DNA from: Eledone cirrhosa
Lineage: Eukaryota
Length of the DNA stretch: 64,000 nt
Assembly: GCA_964016885.1 (NCBI GenBank)
Contig: OZ024755.1
Location: 18,538,001 to 18,602,000 of the forward strand
Direction: 5' to 3'
In this document: positions 13,031 to 26,079 of the stretch, one piece after another
How positions within the stretch are numbered: the stretch's first letter is position 1
Layout of the letters: each line of letters begins with the position of its first letter
Translations under genes and position numbers: made by a program
The notes under the pieces: generated by a model
The model's input: only the letters and a program-made list of their open reading frames with translations
Told to the model about the DNA's origin: nothing
The model's database searches: none

Positions 13031-14410
13031 ACCACCTGATGTTATATCAATTCATTACTGAAAAACATTCTTTTAAATTAAAGAAATTTATTTTCACAGT
13101 TATGAAAAAGGAAAGAAAAGTAGCTGATCATCAGATCAGACCAAGGAAGTTATGCTGCCATTGGTCTTTCCATTGGTGATCATCAGATCATACCAAGGAA
13201 GTTACGCTTCGATTGGTCTTTCCATCGCTGCTACTATCAGATCAGATCGATCAGGAAAGTCATGTTTCCATTGGTCTTTCCATTTCTCTTACTATCTGCT
13301 GGCTACAGCACCTAGCAGAAACATTACTCCTTTTTATGATGACAAGAAATGGTATATTAGAAATCAAGAATGCACAATAATAGATCTGATACAACAAAAT
13401 ATCAGACATGGCTCTTTATCAATTGCACCCCACCCCCCTCCTCCACCAGGACTGCTACTTTATTCATTTATTCATTAATCCCTAAAGGATGAACGGCAAA
13501 GATTTAAACCAATGCTCTACAGACTCAAATATTTTTTACAGCACAATGACACTTGAACAAAACTGTACAAAATGAAATGAATAAATAAATAAATAAAAAT
13601 AGATAAGTAAATAGAAATAAATAAAAAATATCCTCATGAGTAAAATGATTATTTTCCATAAGTGTAGGTTTGTGGGTTAGATGAGATATAAATTTTAAAG
13701 AGATAATATACTATATGAATTATGATGTATCACCTATATGAAATATTTCAATCTCTTTATTTTCTCATTATTCTATTGTTTCAGGAAACTATAAAGATTT
13801 AATCCATTCTAACACAAATAATTCCTTAGTTTTACATTTGTCTGTTTTACCAATAATATAGCTAGAGTTACTGGAAAATATGGCTGACTGATCAGCCATA
13901 TTTGAAACAGAGCCTTGACGCCAGTTACTGTTCATAAACCTTGATCCCAGTTACTGTTTTATAAACCTTGAAGCCAGTAGCTGGCGTATATATTCATTTT
14001 GAAACAGAGCTGTTGTTCATAAGCTTTGAAGCCAGTTGCGGGTATATTTATTCATTTCCGACACACTCAATCACTGCCAAATTCTATCAAATTTTCTGCA
14101 ATCTCCATTATTTTGCAACAGGAAGGTTTAATGGTTTTCGAATTACTTTTTCCCACAGCATTAAATATCTAATGTATCTATGTGTATATGTGTGTGTATA
14201 TACATACATATATATATATATATACATACACACACATATATATAGATATATAGATATAAATAAAACATATATATATATATATGTGTGTGTATATACATAC
14301 ATATATATATATATATATATACATACACACACATATATATAGATATATAGATATAAATAAAACATATATATATATATATATGTGTGTGTGTGTAGATTTG
14401 ACAGCAAACT

Positions 14411-14670
14411 GGCATGGAGGACCTACTCAAAACCATCAAGAAGGGCAAACATGGGTGAACTGGCCACGTCTCTTATTTTAGAGACAACAGATGGGCTATT
14501 AAAGTGACAGAGTGGACAGTAAAGCAGTGGAGAAGAATCAGAGGGTGGCCAAAGGCCAAATGGTGTGATAATCTGACCCGATACCCCAGCCCCACCCACA
14601 TGGCCCAATCTGGTCAGAGATAGAAAATAATGGAGGTCAACCTGGGAGGGTTTCCTCAAACAGGAGTGAG
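14411..14670 (+). mobile_element. Decayed RTE-1-like LINE C-terminal fragment
   Basis: TGHV..RDNRWAIKVTEW...RGWPKAKWCD...RDRK*WR motifs. Confidence 0.75.
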
Positions 14671-14928
14671 AAGCCCCTGGATTTTGGATATCATACACAC
14701 ATGTATATGCGTGTACCATATCTATATCTACTATTTTTTGTTCTAATAAATCAAAAGTACATTTTACCAAATCATACCAATAGCTCTTCCTTTACTTTTA
14801 TCCATGCCCAGTAGAATTATTTACAATTTTCCCAAAAATACTTTTTTATAATCAATTTTACACAGATCCCAATATTAGTTATTTTTCTAAGTTACAGTAT
14901 TTACTAAAAGGTGGTATGCATATATTTA

Positions 14929-15009
14929 CAGGGTGTCCCCCCCCAAAAAGTATACACACTTCAACAGCATTCTAATCAAAGTGTATATACATTTTTTGGG
15001 GACACCCTG
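14929..15009. mobile_element. 81-bp Tc1/mariner-type MITE
   Basis: TIR cagggtgtcccc...tatacacactt / aagtgtatatac...ggggacaccctg flanked by TA on both sides. Confidence 0.8.
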
Positions 15010-15250
15010 TATATATAGATAGACATAGATATACATACTTTGAGGAGGTGGGGAGAAGCAAAATGAGCAAATTTATTTATAAAAATTACATTTAAAACTT
15101 TCCTATATTTTCTAATTGAAAAAAAGGGGAGAAAATATATTTGAATTTGTGTTAGTAATTTTCTGAAAAAAGAAATAATTTGAAGATTTAAGATAACAAT
15201 TTCTCAAAGAATCTGTTTTTTTTTGCCTGATATTCTTATTTTTGCTTTGA

Positions 15251-15287
<37 letters not shown>

Positions 15288-15316
15288 GAGAGTGAAAATC
15301 ATGAGTCTTCCCAAAT

Positions 15317-15505
15317 ATTGTTTCTACTTTTGGCACAAGGCCAGCAATTACCCAGTGCATTACTGGAACTTTATTTTATCGACCCTGTAAGGATGAAAGG
15401 CAAAGTCAACCTCGGCGGGATTTGAACTCAGATCGTAAAGGGACGTAACTATGCTAGAAAGCATGGCGTCCGATCCTCTACCGATACTGCCAATCCACCG
15501 CCCTT
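15317..15505 (-). mobile_element. SINE family A with target-site duplication
   Basis: TSD gagtcttcccaaatattg at 15303-15320 and 15507-15524. Confidence 0.92.
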
Positions 15506-15672
15506 CGAGTCTTCCCAAATATTGATATATTTTCAGATCCCTGTCGCCCTGTCGCCCCCAGAACCACTTTTGAAGACCAGCCGGGTGTTAGTAACAAATA
15601 TTATTTGAAATGAATTTTTTGAGCATGCTACTCTGCTCAATATTTATTTATTCATTTAGTTTATGAACTTAC

Positions 15673-17211
15673 CTTCAATGACTCATTGCTGGACTGAAGG
15701 CTAGAATCATGTTGTATGCCACTGTCACTACTGTTGCTCGATACCATCTCACCACGGGCAACAGCAGCAAGTTTATCCATTTCCTGAGTTGACATTTGTG
15801 TCGGGTGTTGAAAGGATGAGCCAGATCCAGAATGCAAGTCAGATGCAGCAAAGTAAGCATTTGAATTGCTAGAGGATCCACTATAAGCCCCAGTGGCTTC
15901 TGACTCATTTATCCCTTTACCAACAAAACTATTACGAGGCTGCTGTTGTTTATTACATGATTTCCGAAATGAGAGTAATTTGCTGTTGTAGTTCTTGTCA
16001 TAGGCCAGACTTAGAGTATTATCATCCTCAAATACTTCGTCTTTTGTTAAGTCAGAGCCAACAAGAGTACAACTAAAATTAGCTGGAGAAGTGGGTGGTG
16101 TAGATCCTGCTGAGGAAATCATGCTTAAAGAAGAGAAATTACTCTGGTGGCTGCCTTCATCACTCATAGCTGTTGAAAGCACACCCACTGGATCACTTCC
16201 TTTCTCAAATGATTCCTTAGACATTCTCTCATCACTGCCATCCTCCAGTCTACCATCATTGGAAGCAAGTAAATCCTTAATGGAAGCGTCAAATTCTTTA
16301 CTCTTCTGAGAAGAATTGCTGCCACTTCTACTTCGACGGAAAATTGACTTCATGGACATTTTCCGTGCCAAAGTTTCCTTTGGAGTAATTAGAATTTCAT
16401 CAGGCCGTAGAGGCTTAACTTTTTCACTGAAGGATCTCCCACGGCGAAACATTCTTCGTAATATTCCAGGACTTTTGGGAGGTAAATAATTTATTTCATC
16501 GCCATGTTGGATAATAATACCAGTTTCACTATCATGCAAACAGGGCTTATTAAAGTGGTCAGAGAGAGACGGAGATACCTTCCCATTGGGTTTGCTTGTC
16601 ATTGCTTCAGAGGCATTGTATCCTTTCAGTCGTAAATCCAAAAACTGGGCCCGAAGTTGGACCTCATCAAGAGATGCAGGCCGATCTGTTGGTTTTTTTA
16701 ATAAAGTTTTAGAATTGTCAGTACAAGCTGTCTCCTCCGTTGCTGGAGTGAAACTGACTGTGGGTTGTGAAGGAGATAAGTCATCAAGCACTCTAGAGCA
16801 ACCATGACTCTCAGCACTGGTTGAAAGGTATTTCTCTTTAGTGCAGTCGGAGCTTAAACTTCGCTGGGTGGAAAAACGTCTTACCGTATTGTGTTTACGT
16901 AGACTTCTGCCAATCTTGCTGGGTAACTGAGGGGGTGTTCCGAAGCCTGCTGCCGTCACTGGATACTCCAAATCAACCTTTGAACAGTGAAGTATTGACC
17001 TGTCCTCATCACCATCATGGCTGGCAAAAGGCAGGCTAAGGCTGCGTCTGTAAGGTTTTCGTATAGAAGGACTGCTTGCCGGAGACCAGTAAGTTTCACT
17101 TCGACTTAATGACCCATCATTATGCTGTATATTTTCACAGTGTTCCGCTTGGGATATAATGTGACTGTTCTCACCACAAGTCTCATCCAATTCTGAGATT
17201 TCTGCCAGTAA
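15673..17211 (-). CDS. Large internal coding exon (513 codons, phase 0/0) of an unidentified gene; Ser-rich, probably disordered signalling or scaffold region
   Basis: Only long non-repetitive ORF; acceptor tctttttgttttattgtag|TTA at 17211, donor AAG|gtaagt at 15673; length 1539 is divisible by 3; higher GC than flanks; no recognisable globular domain. Confidence 0.9.
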
Positions 17212-17337
17212 CTACAATAAAACAAAAAGAATTTTATTAATATCAACAAATAAATAAATAAAAAAAAATATAACACATTTTCAGAAAAACAAAATCAATT
17301 AACCATAAAAAAAGGTTTCAGAAATTATTTTCTGGCA

Positions 17338-17388
17338 GAGAGAGAGCGAGAGAGAGGGGGGGGGGAGAGAGAGAGAGCGAGAGAGAGG

Positions 17389-17477
<89 letters not shown>

Positions 17478-17522
17478 AGGGAGAGAGAGAGAGGGAGAGA
17501 GAGAGAGGGAGAGAGAGAGAGG

Positions 17523-17556
<34 letters not shown>

Positions 17557-17628
17557 GGGAGAGGGAGAGGGAGAGAGAGGGAGAGGGAGAGAGAGGGAGA
17601 GAGGGAGAGAGAGGGAGAGAGAGAGAGA
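17338..17628. repeat. (GA)n purine tract (pyrimidine tract on gene strand) ~130 nt upstream of the acceptor
   Basis: Direct reading. Confidence 0.95.
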
Positions 17629-18170
17629 AACACGAACTCACTCACACACACACACTCACAGAGAAACACAGACTAATGCAGTCATACAAATCAAACAGAA
17701 ACATAATGGTCTGAATGAAGAGCTAAAAGCAAATACAGCTCAGTTGGAATCAAACACGATATGGATGAGGACTCTAGGTAGATATCTAGAGAGACACACA
17801 GACACACACAGACACACACAGACACACACAAACACAGATATACATACACATACACACACAAACACAGATATACACACACATACACACACAGACACACACA
17901 GATATACACACACATACACACACAAACACAGATATACACACACATACACACACAAACACAGATATACACACACATGCACACACAGACACACACAAACACA
18001 GATATACACACACAGACACAGATATACACACACATACGATATGGATGAGGACTCTAGGTAGATATCTAGAGAGGAGATGTTTCCAATCTGAGTGCATTTT
18101 CCCTTTTTCTAGTTGTTGTGACCCTTAAGTTTGTTTACTTTTGATTTATACAACTGTGAGAATCCCAGTG

Positions 18171-18204
<34 letters not shown>

Positions 18205-19117
18205 GTGTGTGTGTGTGTGTGTATGGCAGAGGGAGAGAGTGTGTGTGAGTGTTTGAGAGAAAGAGATAGTGAGTGTGAGTGTGTGGGTGTGTGAGTGTTT
18301 GTATGTGGGTGTTTGAGAGAAAGAGAGAGTGTGTGTGAGTGTATGCATGTTAGAAAGTCTTGCCTCAGTTCATTTTAAACCCCCTAAATGTCAATTCATA
18401 AAAAAATTCATAAACCCTGTCAATTCTCTCTCTCTCTATCTATCTATCTCTCTCTCTCTATATATATATATATATCATCATCATCATTATCATCATCATC
18501 ATTTAACATCTACACGCTAGCATGGGTTAGACGATATATATATATACCATAAAACCAGCGTTGGTTTCAGCTAGTTTAGTATCAAGAAGGGTAAAACAAA
18601 CAGATCTATACCATAAAACGAGGGTTTGTTTCAAGCAGTTTAGTATCAACAGGGTTAACAATAGAATCAAATATCTCTCTTTTTAAATGATGAAGACTTG
18701 GCACAATTAAAACAGAATAAACTGAAGCAAGTGTCAACTGCTTCAGTTTGTGTGTGTGTATGTGTATGTATATGTCAACTGACCAGTGCATTATCAGCAA
18801 CAGTGAAACACAAGAATATCTATCATCATTTTCATCCAATGACATGCCAAATTGGCAGCAGAGAGATAACAGTGTTCATAAACAAAGAAGCAAGGAATTG
18901 ACAGCTGGGAATAGAAGTTCTCAAAAGACAGCTTTATCGTTACAATCTATATAACTGGCAACTGATTGGTTGGAAATTTTACAAACACATCTTATTTGTT
19001 GGATAAAATAAGTGGAATGGTTTAGTTATATAAACACAGCTACTACTAACATTATATATATATATTTATATATTTATTTATTATCACTATATTTATCATT
19101 ACTATATATATATATAT

Positions 19118-19428
19118 ATCATTATCATCATTTTTGCGTCCGCTTTTCCCTGCTTGCAAGGGTGGGATGGGAACTGATTCTGGCTTGATTTCTACAGCTG
19201 GATACCCTTCCTAACACCAACCTCATTTACAGTGAGTGCTGGGTGCTTTTTTTCCGTGGCGCCTACACGTCCACTTTACAGTGGAATGATAGGGACCCCA
19301 GTCCCTATCATCCCATTTCTACAGCTGAGTAAACTGGAGCAATGTGAAATAAAGTGTCTTGCTCAAGGAAACAACACATCACCCGATCTGAGAATTGAAC
19401 TCACAACCTTTCGATTGCAAGGCCAATG
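19118..19428 (-). mobile_element. SINE family B, nearly full length
   Basis: Match to 26080-26424. Confidence 0.9.
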
Positions 19429-19461
19429 TATATATATGTATATATATGTATATATATATAT

Positions 19462-19655
19462 ATAGGAACAAGTAAGACCCCGACGGCTGAGCTCAAGCCG
19501 TTTCGATGGCTAATTCTGTACTCAATTAGCCGTCGAAACAGCTTGAGCTCAGCCATCGGGGTCTAACTTGTTCCTATTACCCACTCTACTACCCTAAGTA
19601 TTGAGTACTTTGGTGCGTTATGGTCCACCTGGTTCCTTACCACATTTCCTTCGTT
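19462..19655 (+). mobile_element. Fold-back element family E in (TA)n (hairpin plus unique arm; contains HHR 3' half)
   Basis: Hairpin 19462-19577; GAAA-stem III(cggct/agccg)-UC motif; copies at 42250-42440 (reverse), 26706-26908 (diverged), 47797-47868 (deleted). Confidence 0.72.
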
Positions 19656-19829
19656 ATATATATATATATCATCATCTTTTAACAGCCATTTTCCACGTTA
19701 GCATGAGTGAGACGAGTTGTCCTGTTTGAGACAAGTCAGATCAGGTGATGGTATCTTACTCATACAGAACTGTTTCTGGCTTGGTTTCTACAGTTGGATG
19801 CACTTCCTAACGCCAACCACATTTATATA

Positions 19830-20000
19830 TTATATAGAAATGGCTTTAACAGGACTAGAAGTGTTTCATTTGTATGAAATATTCAGGACATCCCTGATGA
19901 TTTCAGACAAATGAAACAGTTCTAGTCCTGTAGAAGTAATTTCTATATAAAGTTAATATGCTTATTCTCTAATAATGTATTGAGTACCTTATTTAAGTGT
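19830..20000 (+). mobile_element. Family D fold-back element with HHR motif
   Basis: CUGAUGA 19894-19900, GAAA 19913-16, ACAG/CUGU stem III, GUA 19930-32; stem I degenerate; inverted left arm 19833-19880. Confidence 0.7.
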
Positions 20001-20018
20001 CATTATTTCTAGATCCCC

Positions 20019-20208
20019 AGGGCGGTGGATTGGCAGTATCGGTAGAGGGTCGGACGCCATGCTTTCCAGCATAGTTATGACCCTTTACGATCTGAGTTCA
20101 AATCCCGCCGAGGTTGACTTTGCCTTTCATCCTTACGGGGTCGATAAAATAAAGTACCAGTAATGCACTGGATAATTGCTGGCCTTGTGCCTAAAGTAGA
20201 AACAATTA
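20019..20208 (+). mobile_element. SINE family A with 17-bp TSD
   Basis: attatttctagatcccc at 20002-20018 and 20205-20221. Confidence 0.92.
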
Positions 20209-20834
20209 TTTCTAGATCCCCTTTTGTATACCAACCTTAAATTATATATATATATATATATATATTATTGAAAAACACGTGGGAGAAAAAGGAAACAGAA
20301 AATTCGGAAGACACACATACAAAGACAATTCCCTGTCAACGGTTGTCTTCTGTGGATCATTATAGTTTATATGTACACACATACATATATATACACACAC
20401 ACACTCACACAAATATACACCACATATATAGGTTGGTTTATCAAATGAGGGAACAAGTATGCCATACATGTTGTAGATTATATTCATATGAATCTGGTGA
20501 TTCACTCTATCTAGAGTGTCTTGTTTGATGTGATCCTTCAGGCAACAACAAAACATTATTCAAGTTTTTAATCATGTTCTTGTCGCCAGAAGGATTACAT
20601 CAACAGAGAAACTGAGTGACTCATCGGCTTCATATAATTTCTTATTTCACAAACCTTTAACATTCAACATTCATTCGTTCACCTTCCCATCTACACCAGA
20701 CAGAAATTTCAAATTTATTTTATTTTTCATTCATATGGAATTTCTGCACATAGCAATTAATCCAGTTGTTTTAAATCTTTTATAAATTCTAACTGATTTT
20801 AAAATCATTTTGCATTCAACCCCCTCTCCATAAG

Positions 20835-21185
20835 ATTTTGTGAAAAGTCTGTCCCAAGAGTATAATACATGAAAACCATGGAGTAATTGAATTTGTGAAA
20901 AGTCTCACCAAGGAGTCTAATACATGAACACTATGGAATAACTGAATTTGTGAAATGTCTTGCCAAGGAGTATAATACATAAATATTGTAGAGTAACTGA
21001 ATTTGTGAAAAGTCTCACTAAAGAGTCTAATGCATGAACACTATGGAGTAACTGAATTTGTGAAAAGTCTCACTAAAGAGTCTAATGCATGAACACTATG
21101 GAGTAACTGAATTTGTGAAAAGTCTCACTAAAGAGTCTAATGCATGAACACTATGGAGTAACTGAATTTGTGAAAAGTTTCTCCA
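20835..21185. repeat. Minisatellite, 55-bp unit
   Basis: atttgtgaaaagtctcac recurs at 21001, 21056, 21111. Confidence 0.92.
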
Positions 21186-21956
21186 GAGTGTCTAAGAACA
21201 CTATGCTTGAGTAAATTTCTTCATCAGCATTAAGGACCGACTTTTCATAGATTTACACTAATCAACAGAAAGTGTGAAGTAGTAACAAAATCAATCTATT
21301 TCTGGTTGATTAACAAAGACATTGTTATTTTGTTTGTTTTCTTTGTATTTGTATTGTTGTTTTTTTTACTTTTTCTTTGATTCTTTTTTGAATTGATATC
21401 AAAACAAAAGAAAAACAGACAAACAAACAAAAATATAAAAACAACAACAACAGACCAAGAAACAAAGCAACAAAAAAAAAATTCCCAGAACATGAAGAAC
21501 AATAAATAAGAATGTCTAAGTGGGAGTTTATAAACTCAGACTATTCACAAATGATAAGAAACCATCCATAGTAAACAATAAAATTAACTGAACATGTGAA
21601 GACTAAAGATAGAACCAACAAAATTGTTTCTAGAATTACTGAGATTTCTCTTGTATTTAGTTTAGGAATTTAGTGGGAAGAATTATATCAAAAGAATGAC
21701 TTAGAAATATGTCAGTAATTGGAATTACAAAAAGGAAATGAATAAAGAAACTTTCTTTTTTCAATTTATTCTGTCAAGATAACTGAAAAGATCAATAATC
21801 TTTAAGAGAGAATCCCTACTATTTCTGTAAAATGTTAATGAGTATATTGTGGTGTTCTCTACAACATAATGATAATTTGAACTTAATGTCTTATTAAACT
21901 TCTGAACCTGAAATGAAAATAGTGGGTACAAAATCTTAATTTGAACAAGTATCAAT

Positions 21957-22281
21957 AGAGGTTAGCTTTGCTTTTTGTCCTTACAGGGTCAATAAAATAA
22001 AGTACCAGTAATGCACTGGGGTGATTGCTGGCCTTGAGCCAAAAGTAGAAACAATTATATTGTTATAACAAAAATGATTTGAAGTCAGTCAGCCTGCTAA
22101 AAATAGTAGTCAAATTACCCCCCAGATTATACTCCTACCTCTTTAGGGAAAATCATACATGGATAACAGTTTAGAGTATATTATGTTTGTTAACTTTACC
22201 TTTCATCCTTACGGAGTCGATAAAATAAAGTACCAGTAATGTACTGGGTAATTGCTGGCCTTGTGCCAAAAGTAGAAACAG
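21957..22281 (+). mobile_element. Two 5'-truncated SINE-A copies (21957-22057, 22188-22281)
   Basis: 3' half of SINE A including tail. Confidence 0.85.
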
Positions 22282-22789
22282 TTAGGTTTGTAAAAAACAA
22301 AAAAAAAACAACTAAAGCTAGCATATTGATGGGTGAAATGACTATGATATGTTTGATTGATCAGTCAAGTTGAGACTAAACAACAACATCAGGGATATAA
22401 AGCATCAAATGATTGACAAACAGTAAAGTAATGTACTTTAGTTCAGTGTAAGATGATTGTTTTGAGAAGAGAGAGAGGTGGGTGGTGAAACCAGTTTAAC
22501 TCAAATTTATAATGGGGATCAAATTTCACAAGTGTCAAACACAGATGTTAAGCAATTGAAATTAACACTTGGTAACCTCTAAACTGGGAAGAGGAGAAGG
22601 AGTCATCCCTACTATTTCTTGTAATTGTCAACTATCAAGTACAAGGCTACCCCTGCCCTTCATAAAATATACTTCTGTTTACCATTCCCAACATACAGAC
22701 AGACACAGAGGGCTGTAATAGAATCGTATGTGCTTATAAAATCTCTAAATCAAATTCCAGGCAGAGCTAATAGAAAATAACTAGAAAAT

Positions 22790-23388
22790 GTTGACCCTTC
22801 TCAAATATATTGTAGTGTTTAGACCTGTCTCAAATATGTTGTGTTTTAATATCACTTGAAGATGTAGACCTTCTCAAATATATTGTGGTGTTTTAATATC
22901 ACTTGAAGATGGAGACCTTCTCAAATATATTGTGGTGTTTTAATATCACTTGAAGATGGAGACCTTCTCAAATATGTTGTGGTGTTTTAATATCACTTGA
23001 AGACGGAGACCATCTCAAATATATTGTGGTGTTTTAATATCACTTGAAGATGGAGACCTTCTCAAATATGTTGTGGTGTTTTAATATCACTTGAAGATGG
23101 AGACCTTCTCAAATATATTGTGGTGTTTTAATATCACTTGAAGATGGAGACCTTCTCAAATATATTGTGGTGTTTTAATATCACTTGAAGATGGAGACCT
23201 TCTCAAATATATTGTGGTGTTTTAATATCACTTGAAGATGGAGACCTTCTCAAATATATTGTGGTGTTTTAATATCACTTGAAGATACAGGCCCTTCTTA
23301 AATAGATTGTGGGGTTTTAAAATAACTAAGATGTAGACCCTTCTTAAATAGATTGTGGGGTTTTAAAATAACTAGATGTAGACGTTTC
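22790..23388. repeat. Minisatellite, 47-bp unit (gaccttctcaaatatattgtggtgttttaatatcacttgaagatgga)
   Basis: 47-nt spacing (22914, 22961...). Confidence 0.95.
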
Positions 23389-23602
23389 TTAAACCTTTAG
23401 CATTTACATTACTCTATATATATGATTGTATTTTTGCTGTAAAGTCTTTATCTTCATAATTATCTCACATAATATCAATTCTACGAGATTTTGATGTTAT
23501 TTCTTTTGAGAACAGTATGAGTGGCCAGTTATGGCCAGTTTGAACAGAAAGAGGTGAGAGATTTCTGACTGGATACGGCCGGTTTAAATGCTAAAGGGTT
23601 AA
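23389..23602 (+). mobile_element. piggyBac-type MITE
   Basis: TTAA flanks and TIR (c)cctttagcattta; family copies at 36555, 39253, 41291, 57635. Confidence 0.82.
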
Positions 23603-23699
23603 ATATAGTGTAGTGTTTTTAAATAACTAGATGGAGACCCTTCTTAAATATATTGTGGGGTTTTAAAATATCTAGATGTTAGACCCTTCTTAAATAACA

Positions 23700-23955
23700 G
23701 TTGTGTGTTATGTTCTTGAATAAAACACTTTATTTCACATTGCTCAGAGTAAGAGTGAGTACACTCAGCTGAGAGTGAGTACACTCAGCTGAGAGTGAGT
23801 ACACTCAGCTGAGAGTGAGTACCAGCAATGGCTGGGGAGTTAATCCTGCAATAGACTGGCATCCTATTCAGGGAGAGTCTTGCACTTTCAGTTGCTTAAT
23901 GCCAAGGAAACCAAGGGATAAGCACCAGTGTGATGTGCCTTCAGCTTAGAACAGA
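23700..23955 (+). mobile_element. SINE family F (CORE-like plus V-like domain), 5'-truncated, with internal 20-bp tandem duplication
   Basis: Similar to 25286-25569; gagagtgagtacactcagct x3. Confidence 0.75.
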
Positions 23956-25285
23956 TAACCTTTAATATAAATAACTATTAGTCAATGATATTTATAGAAA
24001 ATCCTGGGATGTATAATATTTCTCTTTACCTTTTTTCTTCAACATCTGGGACACATTTGATGAATTATGATACCCAAATGTATCATTGCTACCTGAAAGG
24101 TTTCTTCCAAGCTTTTTTCCTATTTCTCCAATGTATTTTTAAATGATGGGGGCACATTTTTCTTTTATGTGTCTCTCATTATAATCCACACAGAAATTTT
24201 AAAAGGCTAACATCTACACGCATACACATGAAAACCGTTTGTATTTATTAACATTGCAGTGTTATAGTCAAGAAAATATTCAACAATTACAAGGATTTAA
24301 ATTTATAATTAGTTCTCCAACTGAGTTTAGGGCCTCTGTGGGCTTTGTGTAACCAGGGATCTGCATCTGAAAAGTTCCTCACTAAGGTGCAGGACTGGAC
24401 TAGGATTTTATGGAAGACCAGCTACTACCCATGCAAGTCCCATCTCTCCATGGCACTAATGTCCAATGAAATACAAGAGCCAATACAGCTTAGCACCAGT
24501 AATGTTGAAGATGTTGTGTGAGAAGACAAAGAACCATAACAAAAGCCACAATATCTATCTAACAATGGATGCTCTGACAATAATTCTGTTAATCCACTAC
24601 CTTAGATTAATACTTTATTTATCAGTTCCAGAAAGATCAAAGGCAAATTTGACTTTGGTAAGATTTTAACTCAAAGCTGGAACAAATACCATAACATCTA
24701 TCCAACACTCTAACAACTCTAACAAGTTACAACCTGAATTAATGAATAGATTTCTAATAATTGTATTAATTGTCTATTTAAATAAAGATTGTGGAAGGTA
24801 GCAGTAATGTTAGACAGATCTCTCACTAGTTTAAAAACAATTAGACACAAGTAGAATTTTACTATTCTGATTGGTAATCAGAAATATCAGGATTTCTTTT
24901 TATGTTAAATGAAGCAAAATTATCCTTTGAACTTACAAGCACAAAGTAGTCAAATTTGAAAGATTAAAAACAAAAGGTGAAAAAAAAGTTTTAAACTTAA
25001 GAAAATTCACGTTAATGTTTTAGTTTTAAATGGGAGATTTTTTTAATTGTTTTATTGTATTTTGCTTTATTTAAAATTCAAAATGAAGAGTTCTTTAGTA
25101 AAACATTTCATTTTGGTTTTGGTCTGTGATTAGTAAAAGATTAAGAAACCGATGTTACGAAAATATCATGCTCAATACTTTACATACAAATTTAAATGTC
25201 AAAGTATTTTAATACATTCATCAGTGTTGTTTGAATTACATAATTCCCAGTCAAACTTATTTATCAAATTATCTTACCAAATAGT

Positions 25286-25569
25286 GGTGGCATGTGGCCT
25301 AGTGGTAAGTGTGTTGGACTTATGATCGTAACGTCATAGGTTTGATTCCTGGACTGGGTGTGTGCTGTGTTTTTGAGCAAAACACTTCATTTCATGTTGC
25401 TCCAGTATACTCAGCTGAAAATGAGTACCAGCTGTAGCTGGGGGTTTAACCCTGTGATGGACTGACATTCATGTCCAGGAGAGCATCTTGTACTCGCAGT
25501 TCATTAATGTCTCATAAACTGGGATAAGCTCTGGCCTGATGAGCGTCAGGGCTTGAGACTTTAGAGACA
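25286..25569 (+). mobile_element. SINE family F, full length with 11-bp TSD
   Basis: tRNA head (tggcctagtgg, ggtttgattcc), CORE-like ttgagcaaaacactt, accctgtgatggactg block; TSD taccaaatagt at 25275-85 and 25570-80. Confidence 0.85.
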
Positions 25570-26079
25570 TACCAAATAGTTTAGCATCAATACAGGGAGC
25601 CCTATAAGCTAGAGGTAGATATCTCATATGGAATGACACTGTCAGTGACTCTCATTCTGTCATACCATCCTAAATTCTGTAATGGAGGTGAGGTTTATTG
25701 CATTGATACCCAAATGGAATAAATCTCAGTAAATTACATTTTTCAGCCCATGGCATTCAATGTATTTTTTTTAGTAAGTGGGGAATGGAGCAAGCTAGGC
25801 TGCTGATAACAAAGATTTTGTCATCTTTGATGGTTTCTTTCTCTTAAAGAGTCAGGTGATGCTTGTAAGGGTACTTGGCTGTTCCAGTGCATTAACCTCA
25901 CTGGATGCTTTGGGTTGCCTCAAGTATTTTTTAGTGGTGGTAGTGGTGGAGCAATATCAGTCTTCCATGCTGTAGTGTATAATTACAGGAGGATGCATAT
26001 CTTTTAATTTTCTTTTTGTTTCTCACTCATTTTTGTTGATTTCTTTCTCTCAAATTACCAAGAAAATATATGTGTATAT

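Noticed and set aside
15661-17190. ORF-track start (TTG at 17190) and stop (15661) as a single-exon gene
   Set aside because: Canonical splice sites at 17211 and 15673 indicate an internal exon; no gene symbol could be recognised
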